Below the pieces are notes generated by a model. The model searched no databases and was not told the DNA's origin. It saw nothing but the letters and a program-made list of their open reading frames with translations. Position numbers and translations under genes: made by a program. A stretch of DNA of 47,762 nucleotides, taken from assembly GCA_964652805.1 (NCBI GenBank), contig CAZZBJ010000001.1, positions 1 to 47,762 of the forward strand. The letters run 5' to 3'. The stretch comes from an uncultured Mordavella sp. (GTDB lineage Bacteria > Bacillota > Clostridia > Lachnospirales > Lachnospiraceae). Below are positions 46,444 to 47,762 of the stretch, piece after piece. The stretch's first letter is position 1, and the number at the start of each line of letters is the position of its first letter.

Positions 46444-47553
46444 ATGAACCAAAATAACGAGAAATTCGACAAGATTAATCTCTCACTGCTGAGACATTCC
46501 CAGGAATATTTTCTACACCATTTCGGTGTGTCAAAGTCCTTTTTGACCTATCACAATTTCGGGAGCAGTATATCCGAATATCTAGAGATTGGGATGCCCT
46601 ACATGATCCTGTACGAGTCCCTGAACAAGGCACAGGATCAGTCCATGTTTTTTGAATTTACAGAGGGTGCAAAAAACATGATCCACACTACTCTCTCAGA
46701 GCTGAAGGCCTTTGGCGAGCGGCCGCTCCACTCCCATGATTTCTATGAACTCACTGTCGTTCTGTCCGGTGAGATCGTCCTGCAGATCGAGGATGAAAGG
46801 ATCACCTACCACGCCGGGGAATGCTGTCTATGCAATAAAAATATCCATCACCGGGAGATATTTGAAACGGATTTTGAGATCGTTCTCTTTCTGTTTCAGG
46901 AGGACTATATCCAGTCCGTCCTGAGCCAGAACCTCCTCTACAACATGGAAGGGAAGGGGTATGTAAAGGACACGTTCTTCAATCAGCTGCTCTTCAAAAA
47001 CAAAAACGGAAAGATCCCCTTTCTGGACGCAAAGGAGTACGTGGATTTCAAGCCCCGGAAATCCTATGACACGAAAGAATTCTTTACACTTTTAAATTCC
47101 ATAATCCTGGAAATCAGTGAAAACAGGTCCGGAAAAAATTATATGATGAAAGGATATTTCTGCCGGTTCCTCTCTATCTTGGAAAATCCTGAAAATTACG
47201 CAGTATTCTTTCACAAGGCAAAGCTTTCCAAGGAGGAAGCTCTGCTGTATCAGGTATCTGTTCTGCTGGAAAAGAAGAAAGGGCGCATCACCCGCCAGGA
47301 ACTGGAAGAGACCCTGAATTATAACGCTGATTACATCAACAGAATTGTCAAAAAGCGCACAGGGATGCCCCTGTCGGAGCTGGGACAGCTGTTTATGCTG
47401 AAGGAGGCCTCTGATATGCTAAGAGACACGGATCTCAGTATCAGCACCATCTGCGAAAAGCTGGGCTACTCAAACAGGAGCTTTTTCTACAGACTTTTTG
47501 AAGAGCGCTACAAAATGAAGCCAACAGAGTACAGAAAGCAGTACCGGAAATAG
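46444..47553 (+). CDS. AraC family transcriptional regulator
   Basis: Start ATG 46444 after AAAGGAG; LHSHDFYEL cupin motif and C-terminal LSISTICEKLGYSNRSFFYRLF..YKMKPTEYR. Confidence 0.92.
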   Translation: MNQNNEKFDKINLSLLRHSQEYFLHHFGVSKSFLTYHNFGSSISEYLEIGMPYMILYESLNKAQDQSMFFEFTEGAKNMIHTTLSELKAFGERPLHSHDFYELTVVLSGEIVLQIEDERITYHAGECCLCNKNIHHREIFETDFEIVLFLFQEDYIQSVLSQNLLYNMEGKGYVKDTFFNQLLFKNKNGKIPFLDAKEYVDFKPRKSYDTKEFFTLLNSIILEISENRSGKNYMMKGYFCRFLSILENPENYAVFFHKAKLSKEEALLYQVSVLLEKKKGRITRQELEETLNYNADYINRIVKKRTGMPLSELGQLFMLKEASDMLRDTDLSISTICEKLGYSNRSFFYRLFEERYKMKPTEYRKQYRK

Positions 47554-47762
47554 CCGTCCCGCGGCTCATAGAAATTCAAGGTACTCTTTTCTCACAATCA
47601 GTTTTTCATATATATCTCTCCCTCCTATTCTCTTGGTTTTATTGTGAAATCCTTGAAAATAAGCTGTCAACTTTTTTATACCACACCAGATCTATCCAGG
47701 CTTGGTAGGAATTATATTGAAGCCGGAAGCTATATCGAAATCTTTTTCCCAAAACACAATGT

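Overview
A 47.8-kb bacterial window that looks like an anaerobic gut Clostridia/Lachnospiraceae-type genome (inferred from gene content and AGGAGG ribosome-binding sites). It has four parts. (1) 1-2.1 kb: an HxlR/flavin-reductase module ending in a broken nitroreductase stub next to a probable IS end. (2) 2.1-13.9 kb: GC-richer backbone genes, namely a heterodimeric ABC exporter, NMN adenylyltransferase-like protein, Crp/Fnr, PanE, a damaged YdjY lipoprotein, TrxA, LysR, a C_GCAxxG_C_C protein and a TDT transporter. (3) ~13.9-42.7 kb: a visibly AT-richer metabolic island with no integrase. It carries an unusual MFS-ACP-thiolase-DUF35-phosphotransacylase-AcpS-butyrate kinase-MFS operon, a multi-Fe-S/flavin reductase operon (a degenerate NuoF domain fused to a non-fumarate flavocytochrome-c-type domain, plus a NuoG-like/GltD fusion), an OYE-type reductase, a Zn-ADH/FGGY kinase/class II aldolase/Fe-ADH branch, and two paralogous PRD-type activators. 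Four promoter regions of the island share a palindrome, TTKCC-N10-GGMAA, placed exactly 31 nt from the -10 box, which suggests one regulon for an unknown substrate. (4) 42.8-47.6 kb: a GH120 beta-xylosidase/GPH transporter/AraC unit. No rRNA, tRNA or CRISPR array was recognised. All functional calls come from motif recognition by eye; no database search was run.
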